From positions 1-31,652 of the IMG/VR virus record IMGVR_UViG_3300039180_001171: DNA of 31,652 nucleotides. The stretch is one strand, 5' to 3'. The notes beneath the pieces were generated by a model. That model searched no databases, had not been told where the DNA came from, and worked only from the letters and a program-made list of their open reading frames with translations. Source of the DNA: a virus. Its lineage: Duplodnaviria; Caudoviricetes. Below, piece by piece: positions 18,551 to 27,659 of the stretch. Numbering within the stretch: position 1 is the first letter of the stretch; every line of letters begins with the position of its first letter. Position numbers and translations under genes: made by a program.

Positions 18551-19396
18551 TTACTTTATGTTTTTAAGTTCTTTAATTAACTCGTAAAATCTCATTAAAG
18601 ATAAAACTTCTTGATCTTTTATAACATTACGCTTACCTAGAGCAGTTGCTTGTTTAGCTACTTCTTTAAGCTTAATTCGCATAACTGGATCTTTCATTGA
18701 GCGTATCTTATTTCTAAGTGTACGTTTGATATGAGGTACTTCAGTTGATATAAGTTCTTTTAAGTTACTTGTATTAGAAACATTGTTAATGTATTCACGT
18801 AATACATTTTTTTGTTTTGCTGATAAGTCACCGTATTTTTCGTTAAACTTATCTATAAGTATTTGATATGATAGTAATTGTGTGTCTTTATCTTGTTGCT
18901 GGTATTCAGATACTATCTGTTTTTTAATAGATTTATTTGCTCGCTTACCTGTTACTGCTTCTACTAAATTATATCTTAATTTAACTCCGTCAGCTGGAGC
19001 TAATGATGTATTTTCAAATATCGAGTAAGTTGATGCTAATGTTTTGTAATTATCAACTCTAGCTTTGGTAAGTTTCTGTAAATCATAATGCTGTTTAATC
19101 TCTTTGATAAGGTTATACTTTTCACGACGTAATTTACCTTTGTTTAATTTTTGTCTAGATGAGATAACAGCATCGATAAACCTATTAGCTTTAGGTTCGC
19201 TATCAAATTTCTCGTTAAGAATAGTTTGATACAGTAATAATTCTTTTCCTAACTGTGTTTTGTGAGAAAAATACTCTTTAATAATTCTAACTGCTTCAGA
19301 ATTATCGCTAGCTAATGTATCAGAAGCTATCTGTCTTACAAGTAACTCAAATAAGATACCTGTATTTTTAATTTTCGAATGTTTTACTGAGCTCAT
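18551..19396 (-). CDS. Basic helical hypothetical protein downstream of portal (putative prohead core)
   Basis: 281 aa (KHSKIKNTGILFELLVRQ) between portal and protease, preceded by the late-type motif. Confidence 0.65.
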   Translation of the reverse strand: MSSVKHSKIKNTGILFELLVRQIASDTLASDNSEAVRIIKEYFSHKTQLGKELLLYQTILNEKFDSEPKANRFIDAVISSRQKLNKGKLRREKYNLIKEIKQHYDLQKLTKARVDNYKTLASTYSIFENTSLAPADGVKLRYNLVEAVTGKRANKSIKKQIVSEYQQQDKDTQLLSYQILIDKFNEKYGDLSAKQKNVLREYINNVSNTSNLKELISTEVPHIKRTLRNKIRSMKDPVMRIKLKEVAKQATALGKRNVIKDQEVLSLMRFYELIKELKNIK

Positions 19397-19423
19397 AGTT
19401 TTTCACCAATATTCATAGTTTTC

Positions 19424-19450
19424 ATCATATATAAATATGATGTTTTGCAA
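19424..19450 (-). promoter_or_regulatory. Late-promoter-like motif TTGCAAAAC-at-CATATTTATATATGAT
   Basis: Intergenic, between portal and the 281-aa gene. Confidence 0.65.
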
Positions 19451-19455
19451 AAAGA

Positions 19456-21300
19456 TTATATATTACCGTCGATAATATTACCCTCGTCAAGTAAACTACC
19501 AGTATCGTTATATTCCGTCTTTTCAGCTTGAAGTGTTTCTTTTAAAACTTGTGATGTTTTGTGAGAAGACTTCAAAGAGTTAATTACATTTTTATATTTT
19601 TCGTGTTTGTTTTCTCTAGCTAACGGGCTGTTACCTCTAAAATTATGTTTTAAAGGAGTTTTATCTCTATCAAATGTTTTATGCATATCTTTATCACCTA
19701 TAGGATCTTGACCACCTGGATGTCTTGTTGATTTATACTTCATCCCTTGATTTGGTCGACCAACTGGTTCATCACTTGTTTCTTCACCTGGACCTTGACC
19801 TAATGAAGCTAAGTCATGTGGTGTACCAAATGACCTTAATGTTTTAGCTGGATCGTTTCCTTCACTCTCAATTTGTTGTTGACGGAATTTCAACTTCAAG
19901 TCAGAAACAACGTTCTCTCGTTCGCGTTCCCAAGCTGTATCACCAAGATTGAAAATATTTTCGTATATCCATTCGTCTGATAGTAGTTTGGAGCCTTGTA
20001 TATCTGTTGCAAGTCTTATCTTCTCTTGCCATATTGCAATTTTTTCTTGCTCATATACTGTTGATGGAGTTGTTAATGATAATTCAAAGTCAACTAAATC
20101 TGCATCTTTAAATCCTTGTGAGTATAAATGTACAATAGCTATCTTAGTTAATTCTGATACTGCTATTCGCTGTAATCGCTCGATTGTTCTTGCAAATCTA
20201 ATATCTTCAGCTGCTAATGTTGCTTTTCCTTCAACATTCTCATCATATCCTAAAAATGCTTTTGGAACACGTAATGCAGACATCATCTTATTTCGTAAGT
20301 ACTCAATATCATCAATTGCATTAAAGTCTAATCCAGCTACTGATTCAATACCAGTACCTGATTCACCACCCCTTGTTGGTAGGTAGAAATCTTCCATCAT
20401 ATTTTGCATATTAAATTTAAGATTATATTCACCAGTGTTTTGATCTACATAAGGTACCTTCTTCATCTTATCGATAATAGCTTGCATATATGCATCAACT
20501 TCATTTGGTGGTATATTACCAACATCAATTTTAAATATTCGCTTCTCAGGAGCTCTCATAATTCTATGAATCATCATCGCATCTTCCATCATAGTTAATT
20601 GCTTCCAAGTTTTTCTTGCTGGCTCTACCATAGATTTACCGTAAGGTAGGAAGTTTGCATCTGATAATAACCTAAAGTGAGCTATTTCAAAGTTCTGGTA
20701 TTCAATATTACCTGTACCACCGTCTTGTTTAAATATTACCTTATAAGGATCCTCTACATCTAATCCTTCTTCTCGTGTCATTTCATATGATGAGAGGGGT
20801 ACTACATTTACTACACCATACCCTTCTGTAATGTCTAACTTTAAGAAAGAATCACCATATTTACACATATTACGTAACCATGGCCATAAATTAAATTCAA
20901 TATTACATACGTCATAAAATAAATTATGAAGTATTTTTTGGACGTTTTCATTTTGACAAGATATAGTTAATACTTGATCAAATTCATTTTTCATTGTTGA
21001 TTCATCTGCGTATATATCAAGTGCTGAAGATATAATAGCATCTTGATCCATAGTTTCATAATCTGCATATAATTCGTTTTTTTGAAATGCGAAGTTTTGC
21101 ATAGATGGTGTACCGTAGCCTAGATTAGAATTCGTTTTACGTACTTTTGAAAAACGATCGACTCCCATAGTAACCTTATTACCGACTGACTGCAATCTAG
21201 ATGTATCCCGAACTTTTAATTTTTTACCACCTATATTCCTAACTATAACGTTACTAGAAAATAGTTTACCCAACCTAGAAAATAATGTTTTATCTGCCAT
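19456..21300 (-). CDS. gp20: Portal vertex protein (T4 gp20-like)
   Basis: QLTMMEDAMMIHRIMRAPEKRIFKIDVGNIP, MEDFYLPTRGG, IDDIEY, ALRVPK, EDIRFARTIERLQ. Confidence 0.95.
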   Translation of the reverse strand: MADKTLFSRLGKLFSSNVIVRNIGGKKLKVRDTSRLQSVGNKVTMGVDRFSKVRKTNSNLGYGTPSMQNFAFQKNELYADYETMDQDAIISSALDIYADESTMKNEFDQVLTISCQNENVQKILHNLFYDVCNIEFNLWPWLRNMCKYGDSFLKLDITEGYGVVNVVPLSSYEMTREEGLDVEDPYKVIFKQDGGTGNIEYQNFEIAHFRLLSDANFLPYGKSMVEPARKTWKQLTMMEDAMMIHRIMRAPEKRIFKIDVGNIPPNEVDAYMQAIIDKMKKVPYVDQNTGEYNLKFNMQNMMEDFYLPTRGGESGTGIESVAGLDFNAIDDIEYLRNKMMSALRVPKAFLGYDENVEGKATLAAEDIRFARTIERLQRIAVSELTKIAIVHLYSQGFKDADLVDFELSLTTPSTVYEQEKIAIWQEKIRLATDIQGSKLLSDEWIYENIFNLGDTAWERERENVVSDLKLKFRQQQIESEGNDPAKTLRSFGTPHDLASLGQGPGEETSDEPVGRPNQGMKYKSTRHPGGQDPIGDKDMHKTFDRDKTPLKHNFRGNSPLARENKHEKYKNVINSLKSSHKTSQVLKETLQAEKTEYNDTGSLLDEGNIIDGNI

Positions 21301-21323
21301 AATTTATACCCTTTTAATAACCT

Positions 21324-22904
21324 TTATTTTACTAACCATGTGAGATCTTGATCCCCATTTGGTCCTTTTTGAACCCACGGATTATTTTGCGGTGCATTAC
21401 TTGTATAGACACCTGGTCCGCGGTTTACTTTAATATTATCTAATGTACTTCTTGTTAAATCCATACCTTTTTGGCGTAACATAAGTGCTGTATCTCTTAC
21501 CCACATACCAATACTAAATGCCATTACAAGGTCGTCATTATAACCACCCTGTGCTTGTGCTTTACTTCCCTTCCAGATAAAAACAAATAATTCATCAATT
21601 AATCTCTTTGATCGAACTGTACATGCTTTCTCTCGAAAATAGGTATCAAGCTTTGATATAATTAGTGGTCTCGTCTTCGAAGTAGTCGTAAATCCAGGAA
21701 CCATCTTCTCCTTTGATTTAAGATCATATCGTTTTTTTAGCTGAATACCAGTATCAATTGTGGTTAAATCTGCAGTTGAGTAAAATAAGTTTGGATAATC
21801 TCTATCAATTGCAGGTTGTATTGCTGCCCATCCAACATTTGCATTTTCAATTACTAATAATGCATTATTCCATTCAGTTGCAGCATTTACTAACATATTA
21901 CCAAAATCTTTTGTAGGTAATTGACCTTTGTACTCTGCTACTTGAGTTAATGTCTCAATATCTATTACGTGAAATGTAGAGTAATCTGTAGAGTCACCTC
22001 GAGCGACATCAGCTGATATCATATAATCCTTACTGTAATCAGGGTATTCCCAAATCCAGTAATTGTTATCAAACCCTCGCTTCTCTATTGGATCCTGTAC
22101 CTGTTGCTCTAAGTACCATTGAAGTGTTGTTCCATCTACAACTGTATAACCGGAAGTTATAAAATCACAATCACATTCCTGTGCTGCCATTTTTTCACCT
22201 AATAATTGATCTTGCTTATCTCGCCAATCTTGTTCGCGATCTGGATGCATTGTCCAGTGTAGTTTTATTGGATTAAATCCGTTAGTACCAGCTTCAGCTC
22301 CTACCCATGTCTTATGAAAGAAGTTTCCTGTACCATTTGGTGTTGAAAGTATTATTGCTCCTCCACCTGTTGCTAGTGTTTGTTGAGAAGATGCCCAGAT
22401 ATCATCAATTTGATCTACAAAGGCAGCTTCATCAATTATTAATAATGATAGTGCTTCTGATCTCCCTGCATCTCCTGAACTGGATATTGCTTTAACTTGA
22501 GATCCGTTTGAAAATCGTAATGATAGTTTATTATCTTCAACACAGTTACCTTTTAACCACATTGGTAATCCGTCGTGCATAACTCTAACTTTAGTCACAA
22601 GATTTTTTGCTACCTCTTGTTTTGTTGCAATTACAAGAATATTTTTATCGTTATGAAATAACATTAACCATAAAGAGTATCCAGCTGATAGTGTTGATAT
22701 ACCTAACTGACGGGACTTTAGGATTACATTGTAATCGTTATCTCGTAAACTTGTTAATGCAGTTTCTTGAAATGGATATAAATTAAATTTAATTTTACCT
22801 TTATGAGGGTGCTGAATATAACAGTACTTTCTCATGAAATGCACTGGATCTTGCGCACATCTTGAAAATTCTAATTTTATTACATCTTTTAATGATTTAG
22901 CCAT
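21324..22904 (-). CDS. terL: Terminase large subunit (T4 gp17-like)
   Basis: DPVHF..YC.I, Walker A-like KSRQLGIST, Walker B LIIDEAAF, LSTPNG, nuclease ADVARG..DYS and DDLVMA. Confidence 0.96.
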   Translation of the reverse strand: MAKSLKDVIKLEFSRCAQDPVHFMRKYCYIQHPHKGKIKFNLYPFQETALTSLRDNDYNVILKSRQLGISTLSAGYSLWLMLFHNDKNILVIATKQEVAKNLVTKVRVMHDGLPMWLKGNCVEDNKLSLRFSNGSQVKAISSSGDAGRSEALSLLIIDEAAFVDQIDDIWASSQQTLATGGGAIILSTPNGTGNFFHKTWVGAEAGTNGFNPIKLHWTMHPDREQDWRDKQDQLLGEKMAAQECDCDFITSGYTVVDGTTLQWYLEQQVQDPIEKRGFDNNYWIWEYPDYSKDYMISADVARGDSTDYSTFHVIDIETLTQVAEYKGQLPTKDFGNMLVNAATEWNNALLVIENANVGWAAIQPAIDRDYPNLFYSTADLTTIDTGIQLKKRYDLKSKEKMVPGFTTTSKTRPLIISKLDTYFREKACTVRSKRLIDELFVFIWKGSKAQAQGGYNDDLVMAFSIGMWVRDTALMLRQKGMDLTRSTLDNIKVNRGPGVYTSNAPQNNPWVQKGPNGDQDLTWLVK

Positions 22905-22928
22905 ATAGTGTTATCTGCTTATATATAT

Positions 22929-22959
22929 AAATATACGAAAAATATATTATATAAGCAAG
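22929..22959 (-). promoter_or_regulatory. Bacteroidota-type promoter overlapping a late-type motif upstream of terL
   Basis: Minus strand TTG-N20-TATATTTA (ttg cttatataatatatttttcg tatattta). Shares TATTTTTCGTATATTTA with the bS21 promoter. Confidence 0.6.
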
Positions 22960-23355
22960 TTATCTAGGGAGAGAGTAGTCAATTACGTGTACAAGTCCAA
23001 CTGTTCCAGCAACTCCGAGTATAACACCAAATATTGGTCTATTCCAGAATTTGTCTCGTCGGTCTAATTCTTTCTTATATAAATTTATATTTTTATTGAG
23101 AAAGTCTGTTTGCTGGGTTAGTAGACTTATATGTAATGAATCTTGTGCTGATAATTTGGTTTTTACAAGTATAATACTTTGCAGATCTTGTACATACAGA
23201 TCTTGCTGATACACAACAGAATCAAGAGATGTAATTTTTAACTTGTACTGAGTATTAAGTTGTTTTGTAATTTCGTAAACCTGCTTATAATCTTCTGTTT
23301 GAGAATAGCTTGAAAACGTAAATAATAATGATATTATTATAAGTATTTTTTTCAT
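22960..23355 (-). CDS. Secreted coiled-coil protein with C-terminal membrane anchor (spanin-like candidate)
   Basis: Signal peptide MKKILIIISLLFTFSSYS|Q, coiled-coil middle, C-terminal hydrophobic PIFGVILGVAGTVGLV. No lipobox Cys. Confidence 0.5.
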   Translation of the reverse strand: MKKILIIISLLFTFSSYSQTEDYKQVYEITKQLNTQYKLKITSLDSVVYQQDLYVQDLQSIILVKTKLSAQDSLHISLLTQQTDFLNKNINLYKKELDRRDKFWNRPIFGVILGVAGTVGLVHVIDYSLPR

Positions 23356-23377
23356 ATGTAACCTTTTTGTTTATTTC

Positions 23378-23689
23378 TTATAGATTTTTTTCTGCTTCTA
23401 CTAAAGCTGCTTCTAATTCTGCAATTGATTTATTATGCTTCTTAACGTTCTTCTTTGCGTCTTTAACCTGCTTACTTCTACCGTCAGATGTTTTAGTTAA
23501 GTTAACTAATTCAGTATTTAGTACTTCTTTCTCAGCTTTTACTTCCTTAATTTGTGATCCTAATCGCTTAACCTCTGCATCATTCTTTGCTATCTTAGGA
23601 CTTACCTTTCGCTTAGCTACCCCTTTAGAGGCTAGTAGTACACCAATAGCTCCGATTATAAATAATACTAGTTTTTTAAAATTGCTCAC
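23378..23689 (-). CDS. N-terminally anchored coiled-coil membrane protein (i-spanin-like candidate)
   Basis: TM segment LVLFIIGAIGVLLA followed by a Lys-rich coiled coil. GTG start with AAAGGAG SD. Confidence 0.5.
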   Translation of the reverse strand: MSNFKKLVLFIIGAIGVLLASKGVAKRKVSPKIAKNDAEVKRLGSQIKEVKAEKEVLNTELVNLTKTSDGRSKQVKDAKKNVKKHNKSIAELEAALVEAEKNL

Positions 23690-23691
23690 TG

Positions 23692-24078
23692 CTACTCTCC
23701 TTTATCGATACGTTCTCCAGGTTTACTTTCCATTGAACCTGGATTAAATTTATACTTCTGCTTAATGTACTTGTTAAAGTATGCATATGTTTGAGTTAAT
23801 AGCTTTTGATTATCATCTAGCGACTTCATTGCTGCGATAATTGTATCTCTATCAATGTTATTTTGTTCTGGTGATTTTGCAGGATCATTCGGTTTCATTA
23901 ATATCGGAAGATAATTTGGTAATGTACCGAGTGTAGTTTGCATGTTACCTACGTAATCAGTCATAGATGTTACCATTTGTGTTAACTGCTCATCTCCTTG
24001 CTGTTGTTGTTGAAATTGCTCAGCTTCTTGCAAATCAAATTGCATTCTACGCCATTTTTTATCGTCCCAAACTGACAT
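23692..24078 (-). CDS. Hypothetical protein
   Basis: 128-129 aa. AAAGGAG SD fits ATG 24078. Gln-rich tract after LQE. Confidence 0.55.
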   Translation of the reverse strand: MSVWDDKKWRRMQFDLQEAEQFQQQQQGDEQLTQMVTSMTDYVGNMQTTLGTLPNYLPILMKPNDPAKSPEQNNIDRDTIIAAMKSLDDNQKLLTQTYAYFNKYIKQKYKFNPGSMESKPGERIDKGE

Positions 24079-24667
24079 CACTATCTCCTTTTTCTAATTT
24101 TTTTAAAAGGCTATCTTTAAACTTATCAAACTGTTTATCGAGGCCTTGCTCTATTGAATCAACTGATTCTGGTAGTATCCATTTATCTACTGTACCATTA
24201 CTGTTTACATATTCAGCTTTTGTAAATTGCTGCTTTAACATTTCTACATCTTTTGCTGCATCTTTAAGGAAAGAGTCTACATTCTTTTTAATTTTCTCCC
24301 GTTCCCAGTTTTCATAAATAGGTTCATTCTTTACGTATCCTTCACAATGCATAAGTGTTTCTGCTTTTACCACACAATCATGGCATTTACCTTCACTAGT
24401 GATAAACTGCTTATCAAAACGCGTTGCTGCTTTGCTACATGCAGGGCATACAGAGTTATCTATAACTTTACGGATATCTGTAAATTTACCTTCTTTTACT
24501 TTATATCCACTTTTTTGAATCCACTTCTGACCATTATCATCAACCCATGAATCACCTATTTGTCGTTCAATAGATTGCTTTTCAAATCCTTTTGATGTAC
24601 GAGTTTGAGTTCTGTGCTCTCCCCTAATCATCTGATTGACTGCTTTTATATTATTTAACTTTGACAT
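24059..24667 (-). CDS. Hypothetical zinc-finger protein
   Basis: CPAC and CHDC pairs about 17 aa apart. GAGGT SD. Confidence 0.65.
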   Translation of the reverse strand: MSKLNNIKAVNQMIRGEHRTQTRTSKGFEKQSIERQIGDSWVDDNGQKWIQKSGYKVKEGKFTDIRKVIDNSVCPACSKAATRFDKQFITSEGKCHDCVVKAETLMHCEGYVKNEPIYENWEREKIKKNVDSFLKDAAKDVEMLKQQFTKAEYVNSNGTVDKWILPESVDSIEQGLDKQFDKFKDSLLKKLEKGDSDVSLGR

Positions 24668-24670
24668 AAC

Positions 24671-24934
24671 TTACCTCTTATTTATTTGTTTCTGTACAGC
24701 TGTATTAATATGTTTCTTTACAACACCATCAAAGATGTTGACATTCTTCTGCTTTTCTTTTGCTTTCTTATCTTCTTTAGGTGGCATTAATTTTGCAATT
24801 CTAAAGCTCAGTATAGGTCTACCATTAATTGTGGGTTGACCTTTTTCATCAACTCCAAACTCTTTTACAACAACTCGCTTGTTTTTAAACTTACCAGTTA
24901 ATATTGTATCCCCTATTTGTATATCTAAATTCAT
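24671..24934 (-). CDS. Small beta-rich (SH3/KOW-like) hypothetical protein
   Basis: IQIGDTILTGKFKNKRVVVKEFG pattern. Late-type motif 5 nt upstream of the ATG. Confidence 0.6.
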   Translation of the reverse strand: MNLDIQIGDTILTGKFKNKRVVVKEFGVDEKGQPTINGRPILSFRIAKLMPPKEDKKAKEKQKNVNIFDGVVKKHINTAVQKQINKR

Positions 24935-24939
24935 ATATT

Positions 24940-24948
24940 ATAAGTATG
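24940..24948 (-). promoter_or_regulatory. Late-promoter-like motif CATACTTAT
   Basis: 5 nt upstream of the 87-aa gene ATG. Confidence 0.55.
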
Positions 24949-24968
24949 GCATAAATTAGCAAAACCTA

Positions 24969-27401
24969 TTAGAATGCCATCATTCCTGTAATTTGATTGA
25001 CTGGTGCAAAAGCTCCTGTTAATTTATACGTGTTTCCTTTGTATATAAATACTAATCCTTCACTAGGAATTATAGTCTTAAATCCACCTATTGCTTGCAC
25101 TTTAGCTAATTGTGCATGCAGTCTATTTAATTTTTTTAGATCTCCACCTTTCCTAACATCACTAATAGCTTTTGCAACCTGTTTTCGTACATTTTGCACT
25201 GCTTTATCAGGATTAGCTGCTAAAAACCCTTCAACATTTTTAAGAACTTCAGCTCCTAATTCAAAGAATAGAGTTTCAAACGGGAACATATTCTTCTTAA
25301 CTTGATCTGCATGATTTTGTTTATCAAACTTCTTTGCTGCAGCAAGCATTGATTCATCAGGTAATGTTTTCTTATCTAATCTAAATGATTTATCAAAGAA
25401 TGCCCAACGTTTAATTAAACCGACTGATGTAGTATTATCAACACCTGGGAATTGTTTAGCTACAAAAGCTTCCCACCAAGCTTGATGGTATTCACCAAAT
25501 GTGTTAGAATCCTTCATACTGAATTTAGACATTAATTTAGATAATTTACCAGTAAAGTATGGACGCTTAGCTCCGAAATCTTGATGTGGGTTAACTTTTA
25601 ATACTTTAGGTCCTATTATACTAAAGCTTTTTTGCATATTTTGATTTGTTTGTGCAATCATTCCAGCAAGTACTCTAGCACCATCTGTTACTGATCCTAC
25701 TGCGGAACCATTTTTATATTGCAATACATTATGGAATTGTAAATATGGTGCATCATAGGTAATTACGTTTGCTGATGCTGGGTACATAATTTCCATATTT
25801 ACCCAATTATTTCCGTCATCAAATATCTTTTTCTTTTGACCATCACTCAAACCACCAATAGCTTTAGCTAAATCCCTCATAGCATAATTAAATGCTTTTT
25901 CTATATTACCACGATTCGCAAATTTTAATTTTACACCCTTAATATCCATACCACCACGCTTAACATCTCCAGTATTACGGGCTGCTAATATCTTTTTATT
26001 CCAAGTAATGAATAGATTTTGACCATCTGTCTTTTCAGTAGCTGATGTTTCTAAATCTAAGTGACCTTGTAATGCATTACTAATAATTTCTTTAAAATCA
26101 CCAAAAGTTAAACCTTTATCGTCAAACGGGTGAGACATATGTCCATATGCTCCTCCTTCGTTTATTAACTCTTTTACTGCTTCTGTTATACTAAGATCCT
26201 TTATCTTCTTAATTGCTTTCTTGGCTTGACGATCAGGTTTATTGATTTTAGCAATTGTTTTAACCATCTTCGTTATCGCTTTATCAGGTTTGTTAGGTTC
26301 CTTTATCTTATCACCTTCAATATTTTTCTTTTCTTTAGCTAAATCTGCATCTATCCAGTTAACTAACTCCATACCAACTGCAGTAGCAATCTTCTTAATA
26401 TGCCTTTTCCATTTGTTATATGCTGTACCTTTGGCCATATCTATTTGATTACTAGGAGTTTTTACACCTTGATCTCCAGCTGGAAAGAATGACACAGCTG
26501 TAATTGGTCCGTTTGGATATTTTACTGATCGTCTATGATCAGATGGAGTTGGAACACCATCACTAGCTAGAACAGCTTCACCATCCCCTAAATCTAATAA
26601 GTGATTTACCACCATCCAACCCATCTTTTCAGCTACCTTCTTTTGTACTTTCTTATATGATCGTAAACTACCAAATCCATGCGATGGACCATCATCCACT
26701 TCCATTCCTTTTGAAGTACCTGTTCTAGATACTTCAGCTAGTATGTTAGTAAGATCGCTTTCTATTATAAATTGCTCGATAATATGTTCGTTTAATCCTG
26801 TTAATTTCTTAACTACCCAATCATAATTTTTAAGATTAGATTTACCAAATATACTTGTGAACACTTTTCGTTTTTTAGAATCCTCTAAATTCTTATCGCC
26901 TAACACTGTTCGTAGTGTGGTACCTGACATCTCACCGTGACCTGGTACGTTCATTGAAACATGAGGTGCTATATATGTGTATGCACCGTCTCTGTAACCT
27001 ACCTCCGCTTTACCTTTCCATGGTTTAAAAAATTTACCGCCAAGTCTTTGAGCATCCTTCTTGCCTACTACAAATACTGCAGCTGTTGTTGCAGGGTCAT
27101 ACCGTTTTAATATCTCATCTGCTTTATATGGATTTTTCACTTGCTTTAAATTACTACCTAATCCATAAGCAGTTATTATTTTTTTCTTTTCTGCGAAGTT
27201 AAATGGTGATTTAGGTAGAGATACTTTATTAGATGTAGCTATAAATTTGTCTTTAAATGGTATAGATTTGAATGCTTGAGCATGATGAGCTCCCATTGGT
27301 TGAAATCTACCTGGATAAATTGCAATAACTGTTTTAATATCAGTCTGTTCAGTAAGAATTGTAGATGCTATCCAGCTTCCAAATGTTTCTTGTGTATTCA
27401 T
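24969..27401 (-). CDS. Multidomain protein: HIGH-superfamily (cytidylyltransferase/NMNAT-like) domain + middle domain + RNA-ligase-like covalent nucleotidyltransferase domain
   Basis: N-terminal IAIYPGRFQPMGAHH..SPFNFAEK..VVGKKD..MSGTTLR. C-terminal TEKTDGQN (KxDG, K457), NMEI, LQFH, EGLVF (E781), YKLTG (K793). Confidence 0.72.
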   Translation of the reverse strand: MNTQETFGSWIASTILTEQTDIKTVIAIYPGRFQPMGAHHAQAFKSIPFKDKFIATSNKVSLPKSPFNFAEKKKIITAYGLGSNLKQVKNPYKADEILKRYDPATTAAVFVVGKKDAQRLGGKFFKPWKGKAEVGYRDGAYTYIAPHVSMNVPGHGEMSGTTLRTVLGDKNLEDSKKRKVFTSIFGKSNLKNYDWVVKKLTGLNEHIIEQFIIESDLTNILAEVSRTGTSKGMEVDDGPSHGFGSLRSYKKVQKKVAEKMGWMVVNHLLDLGDGEAVLASDGVPTPSDHRRSVKYPNGPITAVSFFPAGDQGVKTPSNQIDMAKGTAYNKWKRHIKKIATAVGMELVNWIDADLAKEKKNIEGDKIKEPNKPDKAITKMVKTIAKINKPDRQAKKAIKKIKDLSITEAVKELINEGGAYGHMSHPFDDKGLTFGDFKEIISNALQGHLDLETSATEKTDGQNLFITWNKKILAARNTGDVKRGGMDIKGVKLKFANRGNIEKAFNYAMRDLAKAIGGLSDGQKKKIFDDGNNWVNMEIMYPASANVITYDAPYLQFHNVLQYKNGSAVGSVTDGARVLAGMIAQTNQNMQKSFSIIGPKVLKVNPHQDFGAKRPYFTGKLSKLMSKFSMKDSNTFGEYHQAWWEAFVAKQFPGVDNTTSVGLIKRWAFFDKSFRLDKKTLPDESMLAAAKKFDKQNHADQVKKNMFPFETLFFELGAEVLKNVEGFLAANPDKAVQNVRKQVAKAISDVRKGGDLKKLNRLHAQLAKVQAIGGFKTIIPSEGLVFIYKGNTYKLTGAFAPVNQITGMMAF

Positions 27402-27405
27402 AGTA

Positions 27406-27412
27406 ATAAGTA
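27406..27412 (-). promoter_or_regulatory. Late-promoter-like motif TACTTAT
   Basis: 4 nt upstream of the 810-aa gene ATG. Confidence 0.5.
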
Positions 27413-27446
27413 GGTACTTCTTTTATTAAGGTTGTTTTATATAATA

Positions 27447-27659
27447 TTATAAACCTGATAGATACTCAGTCTCATCAATCTCCCATTCATCTAACCCCGT
27501 GTGATTAGCTAATTCAGTGATGTTTGCAAACTCATGTAGTGTGTCAGATACATCTTCTGTAGAAGTTACTATACATGTATCACTTAAGTGGTGGGCAAAT
27601 GTAATATCTCCTTGAATCATATTTTCGAATACTTCTTTAGTTACTATGTAGTAATTCAT
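27447..27659 (-). CDS. Small acidic hypothetical protein
   Basis: 70 aa. Start overlaps the LamG gene stop (TAATG coupling). Confidence 0.6.
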   Translation of the reverse strand: MNYYIVTKEVFENMIQGDITFAHHLSDTCIVTSTEDVSDTLHEFANITELANHTGLDEWEIDETEYLSGL

